Shown here: piece after piece, positions 8,610 to 17,789 of the stretch
How the letters are laid out: each line of letters opens with the position of its first letter
Numbering within the stretch: position 1 is the first letter of the stretch
Notes under the pieces: model-generated
What the model was told of the DNA's origin: nothing
The model's input: only the letters and a program-made list of their open reading frames with translations
Databases searched by the model: none
Program-made: the position numbers and the translations under genes
From: an uncultured bacterium
GTDB taxonomy: Bacteria; Vulcanimicrobiota; Xenobia; Xenobiales; Xenobiaceae
Reading direction: 5' to 3'
Length of the DNA stretch: 64,000 bases
Assembly: GCA_934621605.1 (NCBI GenBank)
Contig: CAKTUZ010000005.1
Span: 10,862 to 74,861 of the forward strand

Positions 8610-10496
8610 TTACTGTTTTAGGTCAAGCAAAGCCTGATTCATGGCTGCGGCTTCATCTAAAGCGCAGACCAAATGGAATTTGCCTTTACCTAAAGCCATA
8701 AGGTTAAAGCCTTGGGCTCCTAATTCTTCGGCTTTAACTTGGGCGGCGTCTTTCACTTGGAAAACTACACGAGTTAAGGAAGCCAAATGAATATTTTCCA
8801 AGTTGCCGATACCGCCAACCAAAGAGGCAAATTCAGTTGCTTTATGGCGTGTGGCTGCGTTGACTGACACAGGCTCGCTTGTGGTAGAGCTGACCGGTGT
8901 GGCGGTGGGCAAGGGAGCGGCGTCGCCGTGAGCGTTAATATATTCTTCAATGTCGGATTTGAGATTTTCGGAAAGGGTTCCGAAAATAGCTTGTAAGTTA
9001 TTGCCTACAGTAACTACTCCGGCAGCGCCTAAAGCTTTGAGAGTGTCGGGACTGGCTTTGGCAATATCTTTTAAGCCGACGCGCAAACGAGTAATGCAAG
9101 CGTCCAAGCTGACTAAGTTGGTTCGGCCGCCCAAAGCTTGGAGTACTTTACCGGCCAATTCACTGCCGCTGCCTCCGGCTTCGCTACCGGCCATAGCTTC
9201 TTCGCGGCCGGGAGTTTTGAAATCGAATATTTCGATAGCTTTGCGGAAAACTACGTAGTAAATCACTGCGTAAATCGGGCCGAGCCAGAGTACGCAGCTG
9301 GGATTGGTATCGTTGTGGAAATAGAGTAAATAGTCGATACAACCTTGGGAAAAAGTGAAGCCCATATGAGCTCCCACTAAGTTCATTACGTAGAAGGCGC
9401 TGCCTACCAAAATAGCATGAATAGCGTAAAGGGCCGGAGCTACGAAAAGGAAGGAAAATTCGATAGGCTCAGTGATACCGGTCAGGAAGGAAGTGAGAGC
9501 CGCCGACATCATTATTCCGCCTACCTGGACTCTGTTTTCCGGCTTGGCGCTGTGCCAAATAGCAATGGCCGCTGCTGGTAAGCCCCACATCTTAAAGAGG
9601 AAGCCGCCGCCTAAAATTCCGGCTGTGGGATCGCCGTTAAAGAAGCGGGTAATATCGCCTTGTACAATGCTGCCGTCGGGAGTGGTAAAGCTGCCCATTT
9701 GGAAGAAGAAGGGAGCATTCCAAGCATGGTGCAAGCCGAAAGGCAATAAAGCTCTTTCTACTACGCCGTATACGGTGGCAGCCAGGGAAGGGTTTTCGTT
9801 GGCAGCCCAGTTGCCGGCTAAGGTAATGAGAGCACCGATAGGCGGCCAGACAAAGCTGAGCACAATACCGGTCAGGATAGCGGCAAAGGCTGTCACAATA
9901 GGCACGAAGCGCTTACCGGCAAAGAAGCCTAAGTAGGGTGGCAGCGAAATACGATAGTATTTATTAAACAGATAGGCTGTAATGATACCTATAACGATGC
10001 CGCCGAAAACGCCGGTGTCGACACTTTTTATACCCATTATCGTTGTAGTGGAAAGAGTCGATTGGGCACTTAGCAAACCGCCACAATCCGGACAATATTT
10101 TAGTATATCCAATCCTCGGATAGTGGCCATAACTCCCATAGTAGCATTCATGACCATATAGCCGACTACGGCCGCTAAGGCGGAAACACCATCATTTTTA
10201 GTTAAACCTAAGGCTACGCCGATAGCAAAAATTAAGGGCAAGTTGCTGAAAATTACTTGACCTGAGTCGCCCATAATTTTCAAAATAGCTACGCCCAAGG
10301 CCATAATAGTAGGCCAACCTTGGGTAAATATATTGACGCCGCTCTTGAGGACAGCGTCTAAATTAGCAGGCATCCAGCCGTATTTGGAAGCGCCCACGCC
10401 CAACAAAATACCTGCCACAGGCAGGACGGCTACCGGCAACATTAGGGCTTTGCCTATTTGCTGCAGAATGCCGAAAGCTTTTTTGAAAAAGTTCAC
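8610..10496 (-). CDS. PTS glucose/GlcNAc-family permease EIICB with an extra degenerate EIIB-like C-terminal module
   Basis: EIIC N-terminus FGILQQIGKALMLPVAVLPVAGILLGVG. EIIB site GGRTNLVSLDACITRLRV. A second copy, GGIGNLENIHLASLTRVVF, has Ser where the phospho-Cys would be. The GTG start overlaps the upstream stop (GTGA). Confidence 0.85.
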   Translation of the reverse strand: MNFFKKAFGILQQIGKALMLPVAVLPVAGILLGVGASKYGWMPANLDAVLKSGVNIFTQGWPTIMALGVAILKIMGDSGQVIFSNLPLIFAIGVALGLTKNDGVSALAAVVGYMVMNATMGVMATIRGLDILKYCPDCGGLLSAQSTLSTTTIMGIKSVDTGVFGGIVIGIITAYLFNKYYRISLPPYLGFFAGKRFVPIVTAFAAILTGIVLSFVWPPIGALITLAGNWAANENPSLAATVYGVVERALLPFGLHHAWNAPFFFQMGSFTTPDGSIVQGDITRFFNGDPTAGILGGGFLFKMWGLPAAAIAIWHSAKPENRVQVGGIMMSAALTSFLTGITEPIEFSFLFVAPALYAIHAILVGSAFYVMNLVGAHMGFTFSQGCIDYLLYFHNDTNPSCVLWLGPIYAVIYYVVFRKAIEIFDFKTPGREEAMAGSEAGGSGSELAGKVLQALGGRTNLVSLDACITRLRVGLKDIAKASPDTLKALGAAGVVTVGNNLQAIFGTLSENLKSDIEEYINAHGDAAPLPTATPVSSTTSEPVSVNAATRHKATEFASLVGGIGNLENIHLASLTRVVFQVKDAAQVKAEELGAQGFNLMALGKGKFHLVCALDEAAAMNQALLDLKQ

Positions 10497-13123
10497 CGCT
10501 CAATATCCTCCTGTAATTTGCGCACCGCTTCGGAGCTTTCGCAAGCTAAAGCCTGATCGGCCAACTGACGGCATTCTTCCAGGCTTACTTGGCGGATTCT
10601 GTCTTTTACGGCAGGAATGGCCGGGGCCGCTACGCTTAGTTCGTCCACTCCCAAGCCCACCAAAATAGCTGTGGCTTGTAAGTCGCCGCCAATACCTCCG
10701 CATATACCTACTTTGCGTTTGTGTTTATGAGCTCCGTCGACTGTTAACTTAATCAAGCGCAAGATCGAAGGATGGAGGCTGTCTACCAAACCGGCCAACT
10801 GAGGATGGCCTCGGTCGATAGCTGTGGTATATTGGGTTAAATCATTGGTGCCAATGGAGAAAAATTCTACTTCTTGAGCTAAAGTTTCAGCCATTAAGGC
10901 GGCGGCAGGCACCTCGACCATAATTCCTAAAGGCACTTTAACGCCTAAATTTTTACACTCTTCGGTAAAAATAGCTTTGGCTTGACGATATTCGCCGATA
11001 GTTGTCACCATAGGTAGCATAATTTTCAATTTGGCAAAGCCTGCCGCTCTCAGAATGGCTCTAAACTGAGTACGTAACAAATCGGGGCGTAGCAAAGAAA
11101 TACGCAAACCGCGCTCGCCCAAGAAGGGGTTGGCCTCTTGCGGAATAGGTAAATAGGGCAAAGGCTTGTCGCCACCTACATCGAGAGTGCGGATAATCAG
11201 TGTGGCCTTGGGCCCCAAAGTGCGGGCAATTTGGCCGTAAATATCGGCTTGCTCGTCTTCGGTAGGGGGCGTGGTGCGAGCTAAGAAAAGGAACTCGCTA
11301 CGCAACAACCCTACGCCGTCTGCCCCTAAAGTGACTGCTTGCTCGGTGTCGGCAATCGAACCGACATTGGCTGCCACTTTAATTAGGCGACCGTCGGTAG
11401 TTTGGGCAAGGTCTTTGGCTTTTTCAAGCAGTAGACGACGGCGCTCTTGGCGGATTTTGAGTTTTTCTTTGGCGTCTTGATAGTGCCCATCGTCGGGATT
11501 GAGCTCTAAAGTGCCTTTAGTGCCGCTTAAAATAGCTTTGGTACCGTTGGGAATAGTCAGCGCTCGGGCAGAAATACCGGCTAAAGCTGGCAGATCCAAC
11601 GAGCGAGCCAAGATGGCAACGTGTGAAGTGGAGCCTCCCAATACTGTGGCAAAGCCGACAACTTTGGAGCGGTCTAAAGCGGCCGTATCGGAGGGAGTTA
11701 AATCTTCGGCGATGAGAATAGTGTTTTCGGGGAAATTGTGAATAGTGGGCGCTTCACCCATAAGTAAACGCAACACTCTTTCGCCTACGTCTTTTAAGTC
11801 GACGGCTCGGGCAGCCATAAGTTGATGGCTCAGTTGAGCTAAACGCTCGGATTGGCTGGTATAAGCTTGTTTCCAACTGTAAGCGGCGCTTTTGCCTTTT
11901 GCAATGCTAGCTTCGGCTTGCTCAAGTAAATCGGGATCTTCTAAAAGCTCGCGATGGGCAGCGAAGATACCGGCTTTATTGGGATCGGCTTTGGCCTTCA
12001 TGCTTATTTCTAAAAATTCCAGCTCGTTTTGGCCTTTTTTCAGAGCTTCGCGCAATTTCTGCAACTCTTGTTCCTGGCCTTGGCCTTCCTCTTCCACCTG
12101 GTATTCGGCCCGCTGCATTTGATAAATGCGCCCCACAGCTAAGCCCGGGGAAGCAGAAACTGCATACAGCAAATTGTCGGTGTCCGGTCTTTGTGGATTG
12201 GGTAAAGCTGGCGTTAAGGGGCCGGGCGTAATCATCGGTTGAGCCTGGACATTTATATCTGGTCGGGCTGCTACGCCGGAAGTGCCTCCTGCTTCTGGTT
12301 TTTCACCTAAACCGCTGGCCAAAGCTTCACTTAAAGCCTCTAAAGCTTCTTTGGCTTCTTCGCCGCTGGCTCGGAAGCGTACTACTTCATTGTGCAGCAC
12401 TTGTAAACTCATTAAGGCGACGACGCTTTTGCAATTAGCAAATTGCTCACCGCGCACGATTTGCAAATTGGCTTTAAATTTTTTGGCTAGATTGGCCAAG
12501 ACAGCAGCCGGGCGGGCGTGTAATCCTTGAGGATTTGGTACTACGATAGGCTCAGACATCAGGCTCAAACCTGAGGTGGTCTCTTTGTCTTCTTCTTTTT
12601 GGGCTAAGGTGGCTTTTATAAGCAAATCTTGACCGGCTTTTTTGCGACCTTGGCTGATTTCCAGATTGCTGACAGTCTCGGTATTGGTAATTAAGACCAA
12701 AGTAATTAGACTGCGGGCTTTTTCGGCGATAAGAGCCGCATCAAAGGCGATAAGTTCCTGTCCTTTTTCCACGGAATCGCCCACTTTGACTTTAGGGGTA
12801 AAACCTTCGCTCTTTAAAGCTACCGTATCTAAACCTATGTGCATAAGTACTTCTAAACCGGAGGAAGTTTCCAAAGTCAGAGCGTGACAGGAAGGGTGAA
12901 TTTGCTTGACGACTCCTGGACAAGGGGCCAGCAAGACTTCTGAAGTTGGATCTATAGCTACGCCGTCGCCTACCATCTTACCGGCAAAAACCGGATCGGG
13001 TACGCGTTCGAGCTCTACAGTCTGTCCCGAAAGGGGAGCATATAAAGCGACAGCATGATTGCTCACGTGAAACAGCACACTCCAAAAAAATATCAAAAAG
13101 CCTGCGAAAATTCGACGTTTCAA
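10493..13123 (-). CDS. PTS multiphosphoryl transfer protein: EIIA(Glc)-HPr-Enzyme I fusion
   Basis: EIIA: PDPVFAGKMVGDGVAIDP...HIGLDTV. HPr: GLHARPAA. EI: GGSTSHVAILARSLDLPA plus a PEP-utilising C-terminal barrel. TTG start 4 nt after AGGGAGG. The N-terminal 20 aa are hydrophobic (IFAGFLIFFWSVLF). Confidence 0.85.
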   Translation of the reverse strand: MKRRIFAGFLIFFWSVLFHVSNHAVALYAPLSGQTVELERVPDPVFAGKMVGDGVAIDPTSEVLLAPCPGVVKQIHPSCHALTLETSSGLEVLMHIGLDTVALKSEGFTPKVKVGDSVEKGQELIAFDAALIAEKARSLITLVLITNTETVSNLEISQGRKKAGQDLLIKATLAQKEEDKETTSGLSLMSEPIVVPNPQGLHARPAAVLANLAKKFKANLQIVRGEQFANCKSVVALMSLQVLHNEVVRFRASGEEAKEALEALSEALASGLGEKPEAGGTSGVAARPDINVQAQPMITPGPLTPALPNPQRPDTDNLLYAVSASPGLAVGRIYQMQRAEYQVEEEGQGQEQELQKLREALKKGQNELEFLEISMKAKADPNKAGIFAAHRELLEDPDLLEQAEASIAKGKSAAYSWKQAYTSQSERLAQLSHQLMAARAVDLKDVGERVLRLLMGEAPTIHNFPENTILIAEDLTPSDTAALDRSKVVGFATVLGGSTSHVAILARSLDLPALAGISARALTIPNGTKAILSGTKGTLELNPDDGHYQDAKEKLKIRQERRRLLLEKAKDLAQTTDGRLIKVAANVGSIADTEQAVTLGADGVGLLRSEFLFLARTTPPTEDEQADIYGQIARTLGPKATLIIRTLDVGGDKPLPYLPIPQEANPFLGERGLRISLLRPDLLRTQFRAILRAAGFAKLKIMLPMVTTIGEYRQAKAIFTEECKNLGVKVPLGIMVEVPAAALMAETLAQEVEFFSIGTNDLTQYTTAIDRGHPQLAGLVDSLHPSILRLIKLTVDGAHKHKRKVGICGGIGGDLQATAILVGLGVDELSVAAPAIPAVKDRIRQVSLEECRQLADQALACESSEAVRKLQEDIER

Positions 13124-13194
13124 GCCGCCTCCCTTTGCTACTTTGCTGCAGCTGCAGTTAAGAGGGAGGCGGCTAGAAAAAGGCGAAAGCCGCC
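13123..13194 (-). promoter_or_regulatory. SD/start-codon-sequestering hairpin with a competing upstream hairpin in the PTS 5' leader
   Basis: In mRNA sense, AGCCGCCTCCCT (13163-13174) is the perfect complement of AGGGAGGCGGCT (13123-13134), which is the SD plus the first base of TTG. GGCGGCT (13188-13194) can pair instead with AGCCGCC (13168-13174). Confidence 0.45.
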
Positions 13195-13239
13195 AAATTA
13201 ATCAGCTTTTTTACGGTGTGAACGGAGAGCTAATATTAT

Positions 13240-14592
13240 ATGGGTATGCGAACGACTACTCTAGATTTGATTATGGGCCAAGTTGCAGTACGCAATCCTG
13301 GCGAACCGGAGTTCCTTCAGGCGGTACGAGAAGTTTTCTCTTCGGTAGTGCCTGTGGTAGAAGCTAATCCTGTCTATAGGCGCATGAAAGTTTTAGAGCG
13401 TTTGGTCGAACCTGAAAGGGTTATTATCTTTCGCGTTCCTTGGGTAGACGATCTGGGCAATGTGCAAATCAATCGCGGATATCGCGTAGAAATGTGCGGA
13501 GCTATCGGCCCTTTCCAAGGCGGTTTACGTTTCCACCCCAGTGTTGATTTAAGTATCATTAAATTTTTGGCCTTTGAACAGGTCTTTCGCAATTCTCTTA
13601 CCTGTTTGCCTTTAGGTGGTGCCAAGGGTGGGGCCGATTTCGATCCTAAGGGCAAATCCGATATGGAAGTTATGCGTTTTTGCCAATCGTTTATGGCCGA
13701 GCTTTTTCGCCATCTTGGCCCTACCGTAGATGTGGCTACTAGCGGTTTGGGCGTAAGCGGACGCGAAATAGGCTATCTCTTCGGCATGTATAAAAAGCTC
13801 TCCGGCCAGTTTTCCGGCGCTCTGACCAATAAAGGTTTGGGCTGGGGTGGCTCTATGTTGCGTCCCGAAGCTACCGGTTTCGGCGTTATCTACTTTATCG
13901 AAAATATGTTGAAACGTCGCAGCGAAACTTTAGAAGATAAGCGCGTCGTTATTTCCGGCTCCGGCAATGTGGCTCAGTTTACCGCCAAAAAGGCTATCGC
14001 TATGGGAGCTAAAGTGCTCACAATGTCGGATTCTTCCGGCATGATTTACGATCCCGACGGTATTGATGAAGATAAGCTGGATTGGATTATGGAGCTTAAA
14101 AATTTGCGTCGCGGTCGCATAAGAGAATATGTCGATGAATTTGATGGCGCTGAGTATATAGAAGGAGGCGCTCCCTGGAATATTCCTTGTGATGTAGCTA
14201 TCCCAGCTGCCACACAAAATGAAATTTTCTTGGAAGATGCGCAAGCCTTAATTGCCAATGGCGTGGCCGTAGTGGCTGAAGCGGCCGATATGCCTTGTAT
14301 GCCGGAAGCTATTTCTGAATTTCTGCGCAATAAAGTGCTCTTTGGGCCCAGCAAAGCCGTCAATGCCGGCGGTGTGGCCACATCCGGTTTGGAAATGTCG
14401 CAAAATGCTTCGCATGAAAGTTGGAGCAGTGAGGAAATAGAACAGCGTTTACGTCGCATTATGTATTCTATACATGAAGCTTGCGTGCGTTATGGTCGCA
14501 GTGATGACGGCTTTGTTAATTATGTGCGCGGCGCTAATGTGGCTGGCTTTGTCAAAGTGGCCGATGCTATGGTCGATCAGGGGATCGTCTGA
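13240..14592 (+). CDS. gdhA: NADP-specific glutamate dehydrogenase
   Basis: GGAKGGADFDPKGKS signature, Rossmann motif ISGSGNVAQ, 450 aa. Confidence 0.9.
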   Translation: MGMRTTTLDLIMGQVAVRNPGEPEFLQAVREVFSSVVPVVEANPVYRRMKVLERLVEPERVIIFRVPWVDDLGNVQINRGYRVEMCGAIGPFQGGLRFHPSVDLSIIKFLAFEQVFRNSLTCLPLGGAKGGADFDPKGKSDMEVMRFCQSFMAELFRHLGPTVDVATSGLGVSGREIGYLFGMYKKLSGQFSGALTNKGLGWGGSMLRPEATGFGVIYFIENMLKRRSETLEDKRVVISGSGNVAQFTAKKAIAMGAKVLTMSDSSGMIYDPDGIDEDKLDWIMELKNLRRGRIREYVDEFDGAEYIEGGAPWNIPCDVAIPAATQNEIFLEDAQALIANGVAVVAEAADMPCMPEAISEFLRNKVLFGPSKAVNAGGVATSGLEMSQNASHESWSSEEIEQRLRRIMYSIHEACVRYGRSDDGFVNYVRGANVAGFVKVADAMVDQGIV

Positions 14593-14654
14593 GCGCAAAA
14601 TTAGCTTATTGGTCGAGAGGCCGGACTTCGGCAAAAAGGGAGTGGCCAAGTTAA

Positions 14655-17600
14655 ATGAGATCGCTGGGAAAATTTTACGAGTTGGCCTCGTACAGAGTGC
14701 GTGAAGTTCTGTTTATCTCTTCCGAATACGATGCTTTTATTTTAGAAACAGAAAATCAACTGGCTGAGCGTCTCTTTTATCGCTACTCTGAATTTTTTAT
14801 GGTTGGAGTGCCCAGTGTAAGCCATGCTTGTTCAGCGGATCGCGCTCTGGAAATCTTGGCCAGCCACCGTGTTGATCTTATAGTGATAGCCGTGCGCGAC
14901 GCTTCTTGGCTTAATAACGGTTTTCTCTCTCGTATTCATAAAAGCGCTTCCTCTGTTCCCGTAATTTTGCTGATTTTGGATCCTGCTTGTTTGTACGGTT
15001 TAGGCTGGGGGCGCTTACCTAAATGGCTAGCCGGAGTGTATCTCTGGACGGGCGATTTAAGTTTGATTACGGCTATGTTCAACCAAATTGAGGATCGTCT
15101 TAATGCGGAACGCGATACTGCTTCGACTGGTGTTCAGGTTATTATTACAGTGGAAGACACGGTGGCTGATTATTCTGTCTTTTTGCCCCACCTTTATGAT
15201 GAACTTTTTGAACAGAGCCGCTCCCTTTCCGGCGAAGGTGTAAATTTTACTCAGCGCACTTTGCGTATGTTGGCCCGCCCCAAAATTTTGTTGGCTTCCG
15301 ATTATGAGTCGGCCCAAGCTCTTTTTGATAAGTATCAGCGTTACGTTTTGGCTTTGATTAGTGATGTCAGTTTCAGAGTGAAAGGGCGACAGGATGCTAA
15401 GGCCGGCTTTAAGCTAGCAGCCTATTGTTCGGAGCGCAAGCCCAAGTTGCCCATTTTACTTCAGTCTTCAGATTCGTCTAATTCTCAAAGCGCGTCCGCC
15501 AAAGGTTGGCATTTCGCCAATAAAAAGCCGGAGTTTTTTCGTCCTGCTTTGCACCTTTTTTTAGAGGAGAGCTTGGGCTTTGGCAATTTTGTCTTCCGTA
15601 TGCCTGATCGTACTGAAGTTGCTAGAGCTCGCGATACTTACGAACTGGAACGCTTGCTGCATACGGTTGATTTGCGCTCTTTTTATTATCACGCGGCCAA
15701 TAATAATTTTAGCGTTTGGCTACGGGCCCGCAACTATTTTAATTTGGCCAATACTGTCGAAAGTCTGAAAATGGGTGATTTCTCCAATTCGGAGGAGATG
15801 CGCCAACATCTTATTCACATTTTGCAAGATTCGGCCCGCGAAGAGCGTCAAGGTGTGGTGGCCGATTTTTCTGTACACCGCAGCGGCAATTATGGTCACA
15901 ATTTTTTCCGAGTAGGTCGGGGCTCTATCGGTGGTAAGGGGCGCGGTATCGCTTTTATAAATTCATTATTGGCTAAAGATGATTTTATTACGGAGCGGCC
16001 GGGGTTGAAAATAGCTATTCCGCGTACCTTGGTTTTGGGCGTTGATGTATACGACCGCTTTATGGAACTTAATAATTTTAGCCTCACAGCGCAGCGTGGT
16101 TATACCGACGAAGAATTGACCGAACTCTATTTAAAAGCCAAATTGCCTCCGGAAATGCTTGAGGAATTGAGGGCGGCTTTTGCTCTCTTGCACGGTCCCT
16201 TGGCGGTGCGCTCTTCCAGTTTATTGGAAGATTCGCAAAATCAATCTTGCGCTGGTATTTACGCTACTTACATGATTCCCGACAATCATGAAGATTCACC
16301 GCGCCGCTTTGAGCTTATTTGCCAAGCTATTAAACGTGTTTATATGTCAGCCGTTTCCTCGCGAGCTCAAGCTTATTTGGCCAGCGCCCAATATTTGGGA
16401 ACCGAAGAAAAAATGGCTGTTATTTTGCAAGAAACAGTTGGCTCTACCTACGGTCGCTATTTCTATCCCAATTTTTCCGGTGTAGCTATGTCGGTCAATT
16501 ACTATCCCGTAGGGCCACAGCATGTAGACGACGGTATTGCCGCTATGGCTTTGGGCTTGGGCAATACTGTGGCTGATGGTGGCAGTTGTATGCGCTTTTC
16601 TCCCAAATGGCCCAAAGTTTTGCCTCATCAGTATTATCAAGAGCGTTACTTAAATTATTCTCAGCGCGAATTTTATGCTATCGAATTGGATGCTTCTACC
16701 AAAGAAAACCCCAGCGGCTTGGTTAAGCTTAAATTGAGTCAAGCCGAAGAGGACGGTACTTTGGCTCCAATCTGTTCCGTTTTTTCTCCCGAAAGCAATA
16801 CTTGGCGCGATTCTTTGGAATATCGGGGGCCGAGAGCCGTTACTTTCAGTAGCATTTTACAAAATGGCGAGGTGCCGCTGGCTCAATGTTTGGAAGAACT
16901 TTTGGAGCGTTTTAAAGTGGCTATCGGCTGTCCTGTAGAAGTTGAATTTGCCGTCGAGTTGGGGCCTTCTTTTATTAAACGTAGTGACTTTCTCTATGCA
17001 GTTCAGAGCGATCCCGAGCCTGATGAAGCCACTCAAAATGTGCCCACCCTTTATATTTTGCAACTCCGTCCTCTGACCAGTTTGAGTGTCGGTGAAGAAA
17101 TTCATGCTTGTGGCTATCGACAGCAAGATATTGTCTGTACTTGCGATTCTTTGGGCCATGGAGCCGTAGATGATATTTGCGACATCATTTTTGTATCCGG
17201 TTCCAACTTAAGTGCACGTGAAGCGCGGGTGGCCGCAGCCAGAATCGGTCGCTTCAACAGTGCTTTGGTTAGAGAAAAACGCCCCTATTTGCTTATCGGC
17301 CCTGGGCGTTGGGGTTCGCTGGATCCCAATTTGGGTATTCCCGTACAAATTAGCCAAGTAATGGGAGCTAAGACTATAGTGGAACTTCCTTACGGAGATC
17401 GCTTTGTTGAGCCTTCCATGGGCTCCCATTTTTTTCATGAATTGGCCGCTATGCATATTTTTTATATGAATTTATGTTTCGAAGGGCAAGAACGAGCTTT
17501 TAATCAGGGAATTCGCAACGGAATTTGTCGCGATGATACTTCGGTAAAATGTGCCGATAAGATTGCGCAAGACTATATAGATTTAGACTGGCTCAAGGCT

Positions 17601-17780
17601 TTACCGGCTTTGGCTGAAGCCGACGGAGTCAGACATATACGTTTGGAACAGCCCTTGCATGTGCGCGTCAATGGACGCTGCTGCCGCGGAGTTGTTCTTA
17701 AAAATAAGGTTAAAGAATTGGCTGAGCAAGATGATAAGCTTAACTTTTATCTGCCTCCGGCCGAGTCTTCGATTTGGTAG
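14655..17780 (+). CDS. PEP/pyruvate-binding (PPDK_N-type ATP-grasp) domain protein with two N-terminal receiver-like modules
   Basis: VGRGSIGGKGRGIAFINSLL and VRSSSLLEDS match the nucleotide-binding domain of PEP synthase and PPDK. The first N-terminal receiver-like fold reads DLIVIAVRD, with Ala at the usual phospho-Asp position. The second reads LALISDVSF. Confidence 0.6.
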   Translation: MRSLGKFYELASYRVREVLFISSEYDAFILETENQLAERLFYRYSEFFMVGVPSVSHACSADRALEILASHRVDLIVIAVRDASWLNNGFLSRIHKSASSVPVILLILDPACLYGLGWGRLPKWLAGVYLWTGDLSLITAMFNQIEDRLNAERDTASTGVQVIITVEDTVADYSVFLPHLYDELFEQSRSLSGEGVNFTQRTLRMLARPKILLASDYESAQALFDKYQRYVLALISDVSFRVKGRQDAKAGFKLAAYCSERKPKLPILLQSSDSSNSQSASAKGWHFANKKPEFFRPALHLFLEESLGFGNFVFRMPDRTEVARARDTYELERLLHTVDLRSFYYHAANNNFSVWLRARNYFNLANTVESLKMGDFSNSEEMRQHLIHILQDSAREERQGVVADFSVHRSGNYGHNFFRVGRGSIGGKGRGIAFINSLLAKDDFITERPGLKIAIPRTLVLGVDVYDRFMELNNFSLTAQRGYTDEELTELYLKAKLPPEMLEELRAAFALLHGPLAVRSSSLLEDSQNQSCAGIYATYMIPDNHEDSPRRFELICQAIKRVYMSAVSSRAQAYLASAQYLGTEEKMAVILQETVGSTYGRYFYPNFSGVAMSVNYYPVGPQHVDDGIAAMALGLGNTVADGGSCMRFSPKWPKVLPHQYYQERYLNYSQREFYAIELDASTKENPSGLVKLKLSQAEEDGTLAPICSVFSPESNTWRDSLEYRGPRAVTFSSILQNGEVPLAQCLEELLERFKVAIGCPVEVEFAVELGPSFIKRSDFLYAVQSDPEPDEATQNVPTLYILQLRPLTSLSVGEEIHACGYRQQDIVCTCDSLGHGAVDDICDIIFVSGSNLSAREARVAAARIGRFNSALVREKRPYLLIGPGRWGSLDPNLGIPVQISQVMGAKTIVELPYGDRFVEPSMGSHFFHELAAMHIFYMNLCFEGQERAFNQGIRNGICRDDTSVKCADKIAQDYIDLDWLKALPALAEADGVRHIRLEQPLHVRVNGRCCRGVVLKNKVKELAEQDDKLNFYLPPAESSIW

Positions 17781-17789
17781 AATATAACG

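Noticed and set aside
8950-12887. Multiple 60-150-aa plus-strand track ORFs inside the two PTS genes, for example 9472..9936 and 11499..11741.
   Set aside because: All are antisense to long reverse-strand genes with clear PTS motifs. Their translations are Ala/Pro/Arg-rich, as is typical of shadow frames.
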